Shown here: positions 11,795 through 23,911 of the stretch, piece by piece
Layout: each line of letters starts with the position of its first letter
Numbering within the stretch: the first letter of the stretch is position 1
Origin: Blastocladiella emersonii ATCC 22665
Taxonomy: Eukaryota > Fungi > Blastocladiomycota
NCBI GenBank assembly: GCA_025594325.1
Contig: JANHCV010000005.1
Span: forward strand, 1,054,001-1,118,000
Length of the DNA stretch: 64,000 bases
Direction of reading: 5' to 3'
Program-made: the position numbers and the translations under genes
Notes under the pieces: model-generated
The model's database searches: none
What the model was told of the DNA's origin: nothing
The model's input: only the letters and a program-made list of their open reading frames with translations

Positions 11795-12499
11795 CGATCG
11801 GAGGCGGCACACGCATGCGCATGCGCATGCGTCCAACGAGCGGGTGCATGAGGGCGAGAGATACAAGACCGATTGACTGACTGACTGGAACTGGAGCAGT
11901 GCGAGACATGCGAGACACGAGGATGATGAGCAGTGCGGACCGCGACCACTCAGCGTTCGCCGCGGTCACGCCGTGGCGCAGCGCGTCACGCGTCGCACGC
12001 TTCGGGCATCTCAAGTCTTAAATTCAGCGACGAGCACAACATTATTGAAGAAAAAAATCAACGATCTCTTGCGTCTTACGACGAGTTACCTATCATTTTG
12101 CTTGTTCGCGGCGTCAGCTTGTTCATCCGCTGACGAGGAGCGCGGGCGTAGCACCTGTGCCTGTTGAATTTATGACAAGTGATGGCGAAAAATCAATCTG
12201 GAAGCTCGTCGTTGGGCGTTGGCTCAGAGCCCACCACTGATGAGAAAAATGCAAGGACGCGCGGGTCGCAGCGTGGAGCATGAGCAGCGCAATGCTCCAA
12301 CTCCGACTGAGCGGGAAAGGCATGGAATCGGCGACCAAGCTTGCGAGTACGCCCAGGCAAAAATACGAGAGGAAGCAATGAGACTAGCGAAAGCGGACTC
12401 GATTTGATCGTTGAGCGAGCGCTTCGGAAGCCATAGAAAGTAGCAGGCGAACTCTCGGTGGTGTGCCGAGTCGCGGCAATCCATAGTCAAGGGCCAAAT

Positions 12500-13599
12500 C
12501 GGAAGCGTGGAGTGGTCTCGGCGATGGACGACGATGGTTCAGCTTGGACTGCTGCTGCTGCTGCCTTTTGCTGGATGACCCGCGGCCCGAGTCACCATGG
12601 CCATGGCCGTGGCCGCGCGCTGGATCCCGATCAGCGAGCGGGTCCTTGCCCGAGTGTCAAACGAGCTCCATAATGTGCGAGAGCTGGCCCGCGCCCGATC
12701 CTGCTGCCCTTAACCGCGCGCGTACTGGTTCTCGGGTCGTCGTGTGCCGCCGTGGAGCGCCAGTCGCTGGAATCGAGGGACACGCTGAGGATTTGGTGAC
12801 AGTCAGGAGCAGCAGCGAGTTCTGAGTAATCATTGGTGGCGACGATTCCGTGGCGACGCAAATGAACACGTACCATTCATGCAGGGCAATGATGTACGCC
12901 GCCCGCCGTCTTGGATCCGCGCTGCAAGGTTGGTCGAGAGCGTCATGCTGTACGTTGAACGTGAGCGTGTCACCAACTTGTGGCAAAGTCGAGGTCGCCC
13001 AGGAGGAGAGCGAGATCCTTGATCTTGCCTCGACGAGCCGCGACGCGCCGCTGAGCCCAGCTTGGAGTGGAGTGAGTTGCAGTCAAAGCAGCTGGCCTTG
13101 CTCGCAGCCGCAGAAAGAAGCGCGCCGGCCAATCGTCGCGTGTCGCGCCCTCGTGTCGTCGAATCTCACAAGACTCGGGCGAATCTTCAGTATCCGTGGC
13201 AAGTAATCGAGCGAGAGTGAACGGCTTCTCGCGTACCCACCCACCGTAGTGTCGCCCGCCACCTGAGTCTTGGTCGCCGTGCTGCGCGGCAAGCTAGCTT
13301 GCTGGCAAGAAGTGAAGTGGAACCAGATCGACGTGGAGGGAGAAGAAGAGCTTGACGCGCGCGTCGCCATTCTTGTTAATCACAGCGTCGATACAATGCT
13401 CGAGAAACGGATGATCATCGTTGGACTGCTGACCACCGTTTCAGCCCAAAGCACGGTGGACTGGGCACCAGCTCTACTAGTGCAGCGCAGCGAGCAAGCA
13501 AGGCGTGAGTGGTCATCAGCTGATGAATGGGTGGGGTTGCCGCAACCGACCAGGAAAACACGTCCCATGCTGGACGACGACCTGCCCGACCACTGCCAG

Positions 13600-13635
<36 letters not shown>

Positions 13636-16600
13636 GACGATTTGGACTCGAACGTGCGCGCGTGTATCTCGGGGATGAGAGTCGTCGGTTCGTGTCGCGC
13701 GCTCCGGGCTCGATCATGTCACGGGTAATCAGCCATAGTCGATGCCCTCCACGGCCATGGTCACAGCGCGAGGCCACGAACACGCGCTGGTTGGTTGGGC
13801 GATGACGCGAATGCGAAGCGTTGAGGTTACCAAAGCAGCAGATGGGCGACGACGAGGAAGATGATCCAGACACGCTTGACGCTTGAGGAAGAGGTGGAGC
13901 GACGGTGGCGATACGATCGATCGACAGCTCCTGTTGAACGTGCAGTGCCTACTTGGAGGAACGAAGTTCGCGCGTCAGCCCGCGGTATGCGCAAGCGCTG
14001 CGCGCAAAGGGAACGGAGCGCGAGCGTACCGTCATGGAAACGAGTCGTTGTCGCCGTGAAGCACCGCTGGTCGTGGCGGCGGCAGCGGTGAGGATGGAGG
14101 CGAGTTCGGGCGCGGAGAAACAAGTCAAAGACGGTCGAGTCGGCTAGCTACACGGCAGATGCAGTCGCGCGGCTCGGTCAGTACGAGCCGTCGTGCGGAT
14201 AGTCTCGTCTCGGCCATGCGTACCGATATCATCATCGAGTTGCTGTGTAATCCGCCCGCGGCCGCGATTCTTCTTGAGCTTGACCTCGTCCCGGTCAGCG
14301 CGTTGATGACTCGGAGCGGTGGTGGGGATGCAGCCGAGGCCGTCCGTGTACGAGGCGAGCAGCTGGCCGCGAGCGAGCGAGCAAAGACGCGGTAGATTGT
14401 CGTTACGCGGCACGGCGCGCGTGCAAACACGAGCCGGATCAATGCGAGCGAGGAGAAGTAGCGCGGCTTCCATCTACCAGTCGCAGAAAGCACATGTCAG
14501 CGATCACGGACTCGCGCACGGGCGTGGTGGAAGGAAAAAAGAGAGCGACACGTTCCAGGTTCGCTGCTTGTGGGATGCTGAGTGTTGGTCGACTCGTTGA
14601 TGCCGTAGATCGTCGTCTGGTGGATCGTGATGAGCTCGCAGTTGATTCCGTTTGTATTCGTCTTGATCGTCCAGTGCTGGGCCACCGCCGCTGCTGCACG
14701 AAGCCGAGGATGCCGACAATTACCGAGTTGTAGCCCATGAGCTTGCGGCCGACATGCGCGCCCGAGTGCATGCCGTACCGTGTGGTTGGGGTGGTCGTAG
14801 CTGCTGCTGTCGCGCTCCGACGGACCTCGTCCGTGTTCCGCTCAAGGGATCTCAGTCATCTAGCATCGAGCGACGCGTCATTTTCCCGTGACAACGCGGC
14901 GGCAGGAGGTCGGTAGCGTACCTTCGGAGTGGTAGCACCACCGCCCACTGGCGCAGCGGCGGCGGCGGCGGACGCGAACACGGCAATGTCGGCGGAGCGC
15001 GATGAGGTTGACCTGGATCGACTTGCAGCGCTGGCGTGAGGCGTGATCACGATGTTGCGTGCGTACGCAATGGCCGTCGAACATGACGGCAGCGGAAGCG
15101 TTTGCGAGAGAAAGAGAGTGGTTCGACTGCCGCACGAGTAATTGGTCGAGGCACACACGATGGGTTTCTAGGGCAGTGCGACGAGCGAGCGAGTAGCGTG
15201 AGTGATCGGCCATGTTTGCACGAGTGACAGATCCAGCGCGACACGTCCCAGGTTGACGTTGACCTGCGACCCCGCCGCGTGACGCGTGACGCATGACGCT
15301 CGCCACCGACTTGAGCCGGTCGTTTGCGTCGCGGCGCGGCGCGTCGTGTCGTGGCTGGCCGGAGCTTGGTGGTCGTCGACTGACGGGAAAGACCACCGCG
15401 CGCGCGCGGTGTTGTCGCAGACGCCGTGTCGCAGTTGTTGAGAGCACCGTGTTGAATGAGCTTGGCCGTTAGTGTTGGTCGGGCAGAAGTCGTGGTGCCG
15501 TACTCGCCCTAGCCCTGAGCGACGCGTCAGTCGCTATTCTGTGGATGGCGATGGACTCTTCGCGTACCATACACGCTACCGATTGTCCGACTTGCGCACC
15601 TGGCGCGCGTGGTCTCGGGGATGGACGACGACGATGGTCTGCTTGCACTGCTGCTCCTTCCCAGACGACCCACGGCCCAAGCGAGTCCATGATGGCCACG
15701 ACCGCGACCCTTGGCCATGGTCGCGCGCCGGATCTCGATCAGCGAGCGAGTCCTCAAGCGAGTCCTCGAACGAGCGTGTATGTGATGATCTTCTCCATGA
15801 GCGCGAGCTTCTCAATGAGGGCCCACGCCCGATGCTGCCGCTGCCCTTGAGCGTGCGCGTGCTGGTTCTCGGTCGTGGTGTGCCGTGTCGCCGTGGGGAG
15901 CCAGTGCCTCAATCGCGCGACACAGTGAGGATCTGGAGAGATGCGGCAACAGCTAAATGTGAGTGATCGTCGGTAATACCTTTCGTGGCGGCGACCGACG
16001 CAAAACGACACGTACCATCCATGCTGGGAAATGTACGCCGCCCGCCGTCTTGGACTTGCGCGCTGCACGGTCAGTCGAGAGCGTCATGCCGTACGTTGAA
16101 CGTGAGTGCTGAGTGTCGATTGTTGACTGTTGAGTGTTGAACTTGAGCGTGGCCGACTTGACGCGTTGTCGTAGCGTGTTGTTGTAGTAGTCGAGCGACT
16201 CGGTCCCTCGAACTTGCGCGCACAGCCTCCGCGAGCAGCCGCGCACCGCGACTACACGGTCGGTCGTCAAGAGTGAGCGATGAGGGCATGACGACCACGA
16301 AGAGGCCATGGACACGTACCGCCGCCACCGCCATGCTTGAAGGAAATGCCTGGAGGAAACGACCTTGCTGCGAGAACTGGGCGAGAAACACGAGGAGCGG
16401 TTGATGGTCGCGGAACAGCCGGCCGACGCCGCGGCCAGCACGCCCAAGTGCGAGCTTGATGTCGTTGCTGCTACGCGGAAGCCGCCGACCCAGGTCAGTG
16501 TTGAGCCGAGTGGCGGATCTTTTGTGAACACGCGCGCACCGTCACCAAACTGCTGCTGCCGTACCGGGATCTACGCGATCCGCGTCGAGCTTGACCTGCA

Positions 16601-19600
16601 TCTTGGCACCCGGATCGCCTCGGCGAGCGCGTGTTCGCGTCGTCGTCGCCATCGAGCGACATGGCTGGCCGGACTCGAGAGCCGGACGTGCAAACGGTCC
16701 GTCGAGAACTTGAGGCCGTAACGCGAAACAAACTGGACAGCTGGATGACGAGCGCAAAGCGACGCGTTTTCGATGAGAGCGCCTCGAGGGAGAACAGGAC
16801 ACGTACCGTTCCGACTCGAGGAGGTGGAGCCGCCGAAAGGCTTCTTGATGTTGTTGTAGGAGGTCTGTAACGATGCGCATCACGTCAGCAGACGCCAGAA
16901 AGCGTGCCTTTGGCGTACCGGAGGTAGCAAAGGCGCCGCCGAACGTGTGCGAGCTTGGGCAGGACGAGATTGGTCGGTCAATTGGTCGACTGAGCTACAC
17001 AGATGCGGTCGCGTGCTAGCGCGAGTCGTGTGGCGGTCTCGACCACGCCACGCGTACCGGAACCGAGCTGCTTGCTACTGGAGACGCGGCCCACGTCGAG
17101 GTCGACCTTGTCGGCAAGGAGGAGATCATTCGGCGGGCGGGCGAGCGTGAGGTAGTCGTTGTTGTCGAGACACGCACAGGGGCTGCGGAAACCATGGAGC
17201 AGGAACACCGCCGCCCGAGGCCGTGTACATGGCGAGCTGAATGTCTACTAGGACCGAGCGACGCGTCATTTCCCGTGACGCGGTAGTCGATCCGTAGCAT
17301 ACCTTTGTTGTATTACCGCTACCGCCGCCAGACCCGGATGGGCCGTGCTGCTGCAACAGCGGCGCGACGTTGCCCTGGATCGACGTGGAGGAGTGCTGGC
17401 CGGGGCAGGATCACGACGCGAACGCACGCGATGGCCATGGCCGAGACGACGGCCAATCAAACATCGAGAATGGTCGGGTTGTTGATACAATGCGGTCGAG
17501 ACACACGGTGGGTTTCTAGAGCAGCGCGGTGATCGAGCGAGCGAGTAGCGTGAGCGATCGTCCGTGTCCGCGCGAGAGAGGGATCCAGCGCGATGACACG
17601 TCCCAGGTTGACGACGGCCTGCGCCGCCCGCCGCCCGACGCCCGCCGCCACCCCCGACTCGGCCTGGATCACGTCGCGCCATGGCCAGAGTCGCTTGACG
17701 GCCTGGCCGGCTTGCCCACTGCGCGTCAGCGTGATCTCGGAGTTGATGGTGGCCAGCTTGAGCTGCTGCTGCTTGCCGTGCGGTCCGCGGCCCGAGCCAC
17801 GATGGCCATGACCATGGCCATGGTCGCGCCCTGCTGGATCTGGACCAGCGAGTTCTTGAGCGCGATCGAACTCGCCCGCACCGATGCTGCCGCCCTTGAG
17901 CGCGCGCGCGTCCTGGCTCTTGGTCGTCGAGTGTCCCCGAGTGTCGCCCATGGAGGTAGCTGCAGATGGATCGAGAGATACGACGAGGTTACGGTGAGGA
18001 AGTAGACGAGCTACACCCACGAGCAAAATGTGAGTGATCGGTCATTCAGCAGTGTTGTGACGTACTGTGGCGACCAAGCGACAAGGTGAACGACACGTCC
18101 CATGCCAGGTGATGGATGTCGCCGTCTCGAGTGCTCGCTCTGGCAGGGTCGAGCGGCATGCTGTACGAGTCGAGCGAGGAAAGAAGAAGCCCGATGGCCG
18201 GTCGATTGAGCTACACGGATGCAGTCAGTCGCGCGAGTCAGTACACGCCGTGCGATACTTTTGGCCACGCGTACCGAGCTGCTGTTGATTCCTGGTACTC
18301 GTCGAGCCTTGACCTTCTCGTTCGGCGTGTAGGTTACTCGGAGATGGGAACGGCGAGGCTGTGTACGAGGCACGCTGGTCGCGAGCGGTCAACGCGCGAT
18401 ACTCTGCGGAGACCTCGCGTCAGGGCGGCAATGCGCGCGTTCGACCAGATCGGGCCGAGCAATGAACCGTAGCATGTGTCAGTGACCGGGAACGAATGTC
18501 AGCGGTTACGGTTTTGGGCGAGGGCTTGATCGGAGGAGGAAGGCGCGGCGTACCAGGTTCGCCGCCGTTCGGAAGCCCAGTGTCGAGCGGCTCGTCGCTG
18601 CCGTGGATCGTGCACTCCCTACACCCGAGCGATGCGTCATTTCCCGCGACGCGGTCACCGATCTGCAGCGTGACCCCGTAGTAGTGCCACCGCCCACCCG
18701 TCCGTGCGGCGGCGGCGAGCCCGGCCACGGCAACGAGTGATTGAACTGGATCGACGCTGGTAAGAGAGTAACGCGAGGCGGGCGCTGGCGATGGTCATAA
18801 CGTGCCCGCAAAGGTCCGAGAGCTGTCCAGCTGTTGAAAGTACTCGGGCGAAGCACGCAGCGGGTTTCTAGAGCGCAGAGCAGCGATGAGTGATGATCCG
18901 TGTGCGCGGGTGAGGGATCCAGAGCAATGACACGTCCCAGGTCGACGATAGCCTGCGCCCTCGCCGCTCGCCGCTCGCCGCTCGCCGCTCGCCGCCGACT
19001 GAAGGTGGCTCGCGTCGCGACTCGGCCGGACATGCTTGACAGACAGGGCCACGGTGCGAGTGTCGCTGGCTCGATTCCGAGTCCTGCACGCTGCCCCACT
19101 GCTGCTGCTCGCTGGCGGTCGTCGAAGGAGCGAGGCCCAGCGGCGCCTCTTGTGGCGGTAGTCGTGGCGTTGACCTCGCCCTAGATTCGAGCGAGGCGTC
19201 ATGAGTCTGCGGATTGCGACGGAATCCCCGCGTACCGCACCTTAGCCGCCAGCCACTCGCGCTCGGATTGTACCCAGCGCGTGAGCTCGACATAGGAGAC
19301 GGTGACAGCCAGCTTGAGCTGCCCACGGTCGCTCGTCAATCGGCCCGTGGCTAGCGACCCGAGGCACGGCCATGGTCGCGCCCTCGACCTCGATCTCGAT
19401 CAGCAGCGAGTCCTCGAGCGAGCGCCGACCTTCTCGTGCGCAATCTGGCCCGCGCAGATCCCGACCTTGAGCGCGTGCGTACGGTTACTCGTTCACCGTG
19501 TGTTGCCGCGGAGGAGCGCCAGCTGTTGGATTGGGAGACACGACAACGGTCTGGTGAAAGGAAGCATCAAGATGTGAGTGATCATCAGTCATGTTCCGCG

Positions 19601-20700
19601 GCGAGCGACGAAACGACACGTCCCATTCCAGGCAATGCACGCCGCTATCTTGCACCCGTGCCGCAGGCTCGAGCTGGATACCGTACGCCGACCGTGAGCA
19701 CGGTCGCCTTGACGCATCGTCGCAGCGTAGCCAAACGACTCGGGCCTTGAACTCGCGCGCGCGTAGCCACGCGGCGGCTATATGAAACGGACTGATGGTC
19801 GTGAGTGGGAATGGCAGTCACGACGAGGCCATGGACACGTACCACCGTGCAGTGAGGTCAAGTCGGGAAGCGAGGTTATTGCGAGGAAGAGTACAGGCAG
19901 GAGGTGAGCGGCACATGGTCGCAAGGGAACAGCCGCCATCGGCGCGGCCGAGAGGGAGGGTTTGAAGTCGCTGCTACACGGGAACCGGCGCTCATGTTAG
20001 TGCAAGCCGCGCAATGTGCCTCAAGCGCCCGCGTACCGAACCGCTCGCCGTTGATGCGCGATCCGCGTCGAACTTGACCTGCATCTTGGCGTGGATATCA
20101 CTCGGCGAGCGCGACGCGAGGTCGATGAGTCCAGTTGCAGGCAGTCGCGGGCTCGGCCGGCCATGCCCAGGATCTCCTTGAGGTCGTCGCCGACTAGGCG
20201 GACAGGCGTCGTGTCAGCAGACATCTCGGCGCATGCACTTGGCGTACCGGACGCGCAGTTGCCAAGTACGACCGAGGACGCGACGTGGTGTTGGTGCACG
20301 GGCCTGGAGTGCTCGGCGTTGCGACCATCGCACTGCCCGTACCACTCGTCGTGCGACAACCGGCCGCGACAGGTGGGACCCGGCCCCGTTGAGCCAGCGG
20401 TCCGCCCGCGCGGGTTGGAACGCGTGGATCCCGGGTGCGAGCCGCAAGAACGTAGAGCGGTTGCGCGTGGTGTTGCAGAAGCACGCGGCGGAAGGCGGGG
20501 AGTCGATGACATTGCACGTAAAGGAGTCAACGCATGTGGCGAGAGAACACGTTGCTTGACGCGCCGAAGATTCGACGCGTCGCGTTTCGGGAGGCAAGCG
20601 TGTGGCCGGTGTACCCGCAAACGCGTCTCCCGCAGCCGCGGCCGCGAGACAAAACGTGACGCTGGCGTGATTCCGCGACGCGACGCGTTTCACCACGCGC
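12500..20700 (-). pseudogene. Degenerate intron-rich paralogue array (about 4 partial units, all on the minus strand)
   Basis: Recurrent markers: CGCGTCATTTCCCG-like at ~14880, ~17265 and ~18635; GGCCATGGTCGCG-like at ~12600, ~15720, ~17815 and ~19370. Introns 20194-20247 and 19974-20036 sit at the same positions as 540-593 and 894-987. The peptide AKMQVK[LF]DADR is shared. Confidence 0.6.
18960..18994. repeat. (CTCGCCG)5 heptamer tandem repeat
   Basis: Five exact units read directly. Confidence 0.9.
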
Positions 20701-22652
20701 CGCCCCAGCATCAAGTGCAATGCGTTCCATCAAGTCGCTCTCATCGGCACACCCGAGTTACCGCACGCCCTCGCGCGCTGAGGCGTAGAGAAGGCACTGC
20801 ACGTCGCCGGGCGCGCGATCGACGCGTTACGCCACATTGCATCACCACGGACTCGGCGTGCGTGGCGGTCCGCCACTCCCACACCCTCCTTACAACGGCG
20901 GCCCCCCGCTCCCCCGAGCTTTCGCCTTGCTGGCGCGTTCACAGGCGTCCCGGGGCACCATGCACCGCACATAACTAAGCGCAACTGCCCGCAACGGCGC
21001 TCCCACAGCCGCGCCGATCGCCTGCCGCTGCGTCGGCGCGCTCGGAGGACTGTGTGGTGGTTCGGGTCGTTTCAACCGTACTCGATCGGCAGCTGTGGCT
21101 ATACGAGACGCTTTCCGAGGTGCGTGCACACGGCCACGCGAGGAGATCCGGCCCCGAAGGGACGCCGCGGACCGTTTCTCTCGCGTCTCGGACGGGCGCG
21201 ATCGCCACCGCTTCTCGTCCTCGGCAGAACCACCAGCATCCACATCTCATGTACTTCATGGCGCCCACGACCGATCTATAGCATCGTTCACGTCACACAT
21301 CCCATCCTGCTCTTCGCGGCGTGGACCACTCGCCTCGCGCCCCCGTCTGCGTCGCCAGCGGGCTCGAAGATGGCCGGCTTCCATGTTGCTGCATGGCTCC
21401 AAGGGAGAGAGATCTTGAGCCGACGAGCGTTGCAGCTGCTCCCCGACGCCCATGGACGCGTCCCGATGCAACGCGCACGCAGTTGCCCCCGCTTCTCTCC
21501 TCGCGCGCCGCGTGAGAACGCCGCGTGAGAACGCCGCGAACATGCCGACCCCCGAGAGCGCGCGTTGGCTCACGCGATCCCCGCGATTCTTCTTGTCGAG
21601 TTGCCTGCGAACCGTGCCTGAGCACCACCCGGACGAGGCGCCCCGGCGGCCCACGAGCGGCACGTCGAGCCGGCGGTCGCTGCTCTCACCTGCGCTGCTC
21701 TGCCACCCACGAATCGCATGAAAACCAACCGTCACTTGCTGCATCGCGCTTCAAGAGTCTTTCTATTCACGCTCTCGTTGCCGCGGGCAGCAGCCAGGGA
21801 CCGGTGCTGCGTGTGCACCGCGCCTCGCCCTGCGACTGCACTCGCGCAACGCGCAGGCCCGGTGCAGCCTCCCGCCCTCTTACTCTCGCATTCTTGGGAC
21901 CTGTCACGCGAGCGGAGAACGTGTGCTCATGTCGCGAAACCAGCAGCGTCCATGCAGATCGAGGTCGCGCTCGCCAACGTGGCCGCATCGCAGAGCGCCG
22001 TCCTCTCCGGCTCGAGCATTACCTCCTTTGGCCTCGAGCCTTACCTTCTTCGACCTCGGTTGCTTCGAACGCAAGGCAGGATAACAGAGCGCCGAGTACA
22101 TGCATGACTTGTCCGATACTCGAGGCTCTCATTTTGAGATGTCGGCGGTACTGCTCGACCTCGTTGGCCGCCCGCGATCCGGGCGGGAACATGTCGTACG
22201 TGGGACCGAAGGCTGCTGCTGCTGCCGAACTCGTAATTTGCCGAGGACCTGGACGCGAGCGCTGAGCCGCCAACTTTGCCCGCGGCGCTCTCGCCTGTCC
22301 CCGACGTGAGCGACAGCATCTCCAACGGCGTATCCGGCCGTGGAAACTTGGTCGAGTGGATACGATGCCACTCGCCGTCAAGAACAGTTCACTTTTGGCC
22401 CTACCCGGTGACACGGACGAGTGTTGAGACGAGTGAGCAGGAAAGTATACCCTCATGTCGCGGCTTCACGCACACTTGAGTTGCGAGCAAACTGCCGGCC
22501 CCGGCGGCGCTGCGATGACGAGGTGGCGTGCCGATGGGCCCCGACGGGGAGTGGCGCAGCGCGGTCGCTGGGCTCCGACGGAGCGCTGCAAGCGGGCGCG
22601 TTTCGCCTCCGCCGGCGACCCGTGGCGACCAACGAGCCCAACACGGCTCCGG

Positions 22653-22660
22653 TATAAGAA
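22653..22660 (+). promoter_or_regulatory. TATA-like box of AKR (mirror 62877-62884)
   Basis: TATAAGAA ~90 nt upstream of the ATG at 22745. Confidence 0.55.
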
Positions 22661-22744
22661 GGGTCGGTCGGTCGCAGCGCTCTCTCCCAAGACACACAGT
22701 CCAACGCACCCAGCAACCGCCACTCCCAAAACCACATCACCAGC

Positions 22745-23911
22745 ATGTCGACCACTACCACCGCTGCGACCGCCACCGACCGCCCGAACGCGCACAAGAT
22801 GCACTACGCCCGCCTCGGCAAGACCGGCCTCCAGGTCTCGCGCATCTGCGTCGGCATGATGTCGTACGGCTCGTCCGACTGGGAAAAGTGGGTCCTCGAC
22901 GCCGACAAGGCCCTGCCGCTCCTGCGCGCCGCGTGGGACCACGGCATCAACTTCTTCGATACGGCCGACGTCTACTCCTCGGGCATGTCGGAGCGCCTCC
23001 TTGGCCAGTTCATGCGCGAGAACGGCGACATCAAGCGGTCCGAGATTGTGATTGCGACCAAGGTCTTCTTCCAGGTCGGCGACACGCCGACCGACCAGCC
23101 GGCGCTCGCGTCGCTGCCCGCGTACGCCATGGCCAACAAGCGCGGCCTCTCGCGCAAGTACATTTTCGAGGCGGTCGAGGCCTCGCTCGCGCGCCTCGGC
23201 ACCGACTACATTGACCTGTACCAGATCCACCGCTGGGACTACAACACGCCCATCGAGGAGACCATGGGCGCGCTGCACGACCTCGTCAAGGCCGGCAAGG
23301 TCCGCTACATTGGCGCGAGCTCCATGTACGCGTGGCAGTTTGCCAAGGCGCAGGCCGTGGCCGAGCGCAACGGGTGGACGCAATTTGTCAGCATGCAGAA
23401 CCTCGTCAACCTGGCGTACCGCGAGGAGGAGCGCGAGATGCTGCCGCTGTGCCGCGACATGGGCGTCGGCGTGATCCCGTGGTCGCCGCTCGCTGGCGGC
23501 CTGCTCTCGGACAAGGGCAAGTCGACGACCTCGCTGCGCGCGCAGACTGACACGCTGCGCAACGTGATCCACCTGACCGAGTCGTCCTCTTTGGCGGACG
23601 GCGGCTCGGGTGAGACGGTCGAGGCGGCCGAGCTGTCGAACGAGGACCGCGCCAAGGCGATTGTGGCGGCGACCGACGACCGTAGCATCGCGGCGCTGCG
23701 CAAGGTGGCCGCGGCGCGCGGCGTTCCGGCATCGCAGGTCGCGCTCGCGTGGGTCCTCGCCAAGCCCGAGATCACGGCGCCGATCGTTGGCATCAACAAG
23801 GTCGCGTACCTCGAGGACGCGGTCGCCGCGCTCTCGATCACGCTCACGGCCGAGGAGAAGGCCGCCCTCGAGGCGCCGTACCTGCCCGTCCCGGTTCGCG
23901 GCAACTTTTGA
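22745..23911 (+). CDS. Aldo-keto reductase (aryl-alcohol dehydrogenase/YajO-like), 388 aa, intronless
   Basis: Motifs YARLGKTGLQVSRICVGMM, GINFFDTADVYS, IATKV, LGTDYIDLYQIHRWD, GKVRYIGASS, IPWSPLAGG and QVALAWVL. Confidence 0.95.
   Translation: MSTTTTAATATDRPNAHKMHYARLGKTGLQVSRICVGMMSYGSSDWEKWVLDADKALPLLRAAWDHGINFFDTADVYSSGMSERLLGQFMRENGDIKRSEIVIATKVFFQVGDTPTDQPALASLPAYAMANKRGLSRKYIFEAVEASLARLGTDYIDLYQIHRWDYNTPIEETMGALHDLVKAGKVRYIGASSMYAWQFAKAQAVAERNGWTQFVSMQNLVNLAYREEEREMLPLCRDMGVGVIPWSPLAGGLLSDKGKSTTSLRAQTDTLRNVIHLTESSSLADGGSGETVEAAELSNEDRAKAIVAATDDRSIAALRKVAAARGVPASQVALAWVLAKPEITAPIVGINKVAYLEDAVAALSITLTAEEKAALEAPYLPVPVRGNF

Larger units (their letters stand above)
10168..17457 (-). repeat. 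IR1 right arm
   Basis: Reverse complement of 1-7290 with a constant coordinate sum of 17458. Confidence 0.97.

Noticed and set aside
21506-21538. 13-bp tandem duplication CGCCGCGTGAGAA x2.5
   Set aside because: Isolated slippage duplication with no spacer structure; not CRISPR-like.
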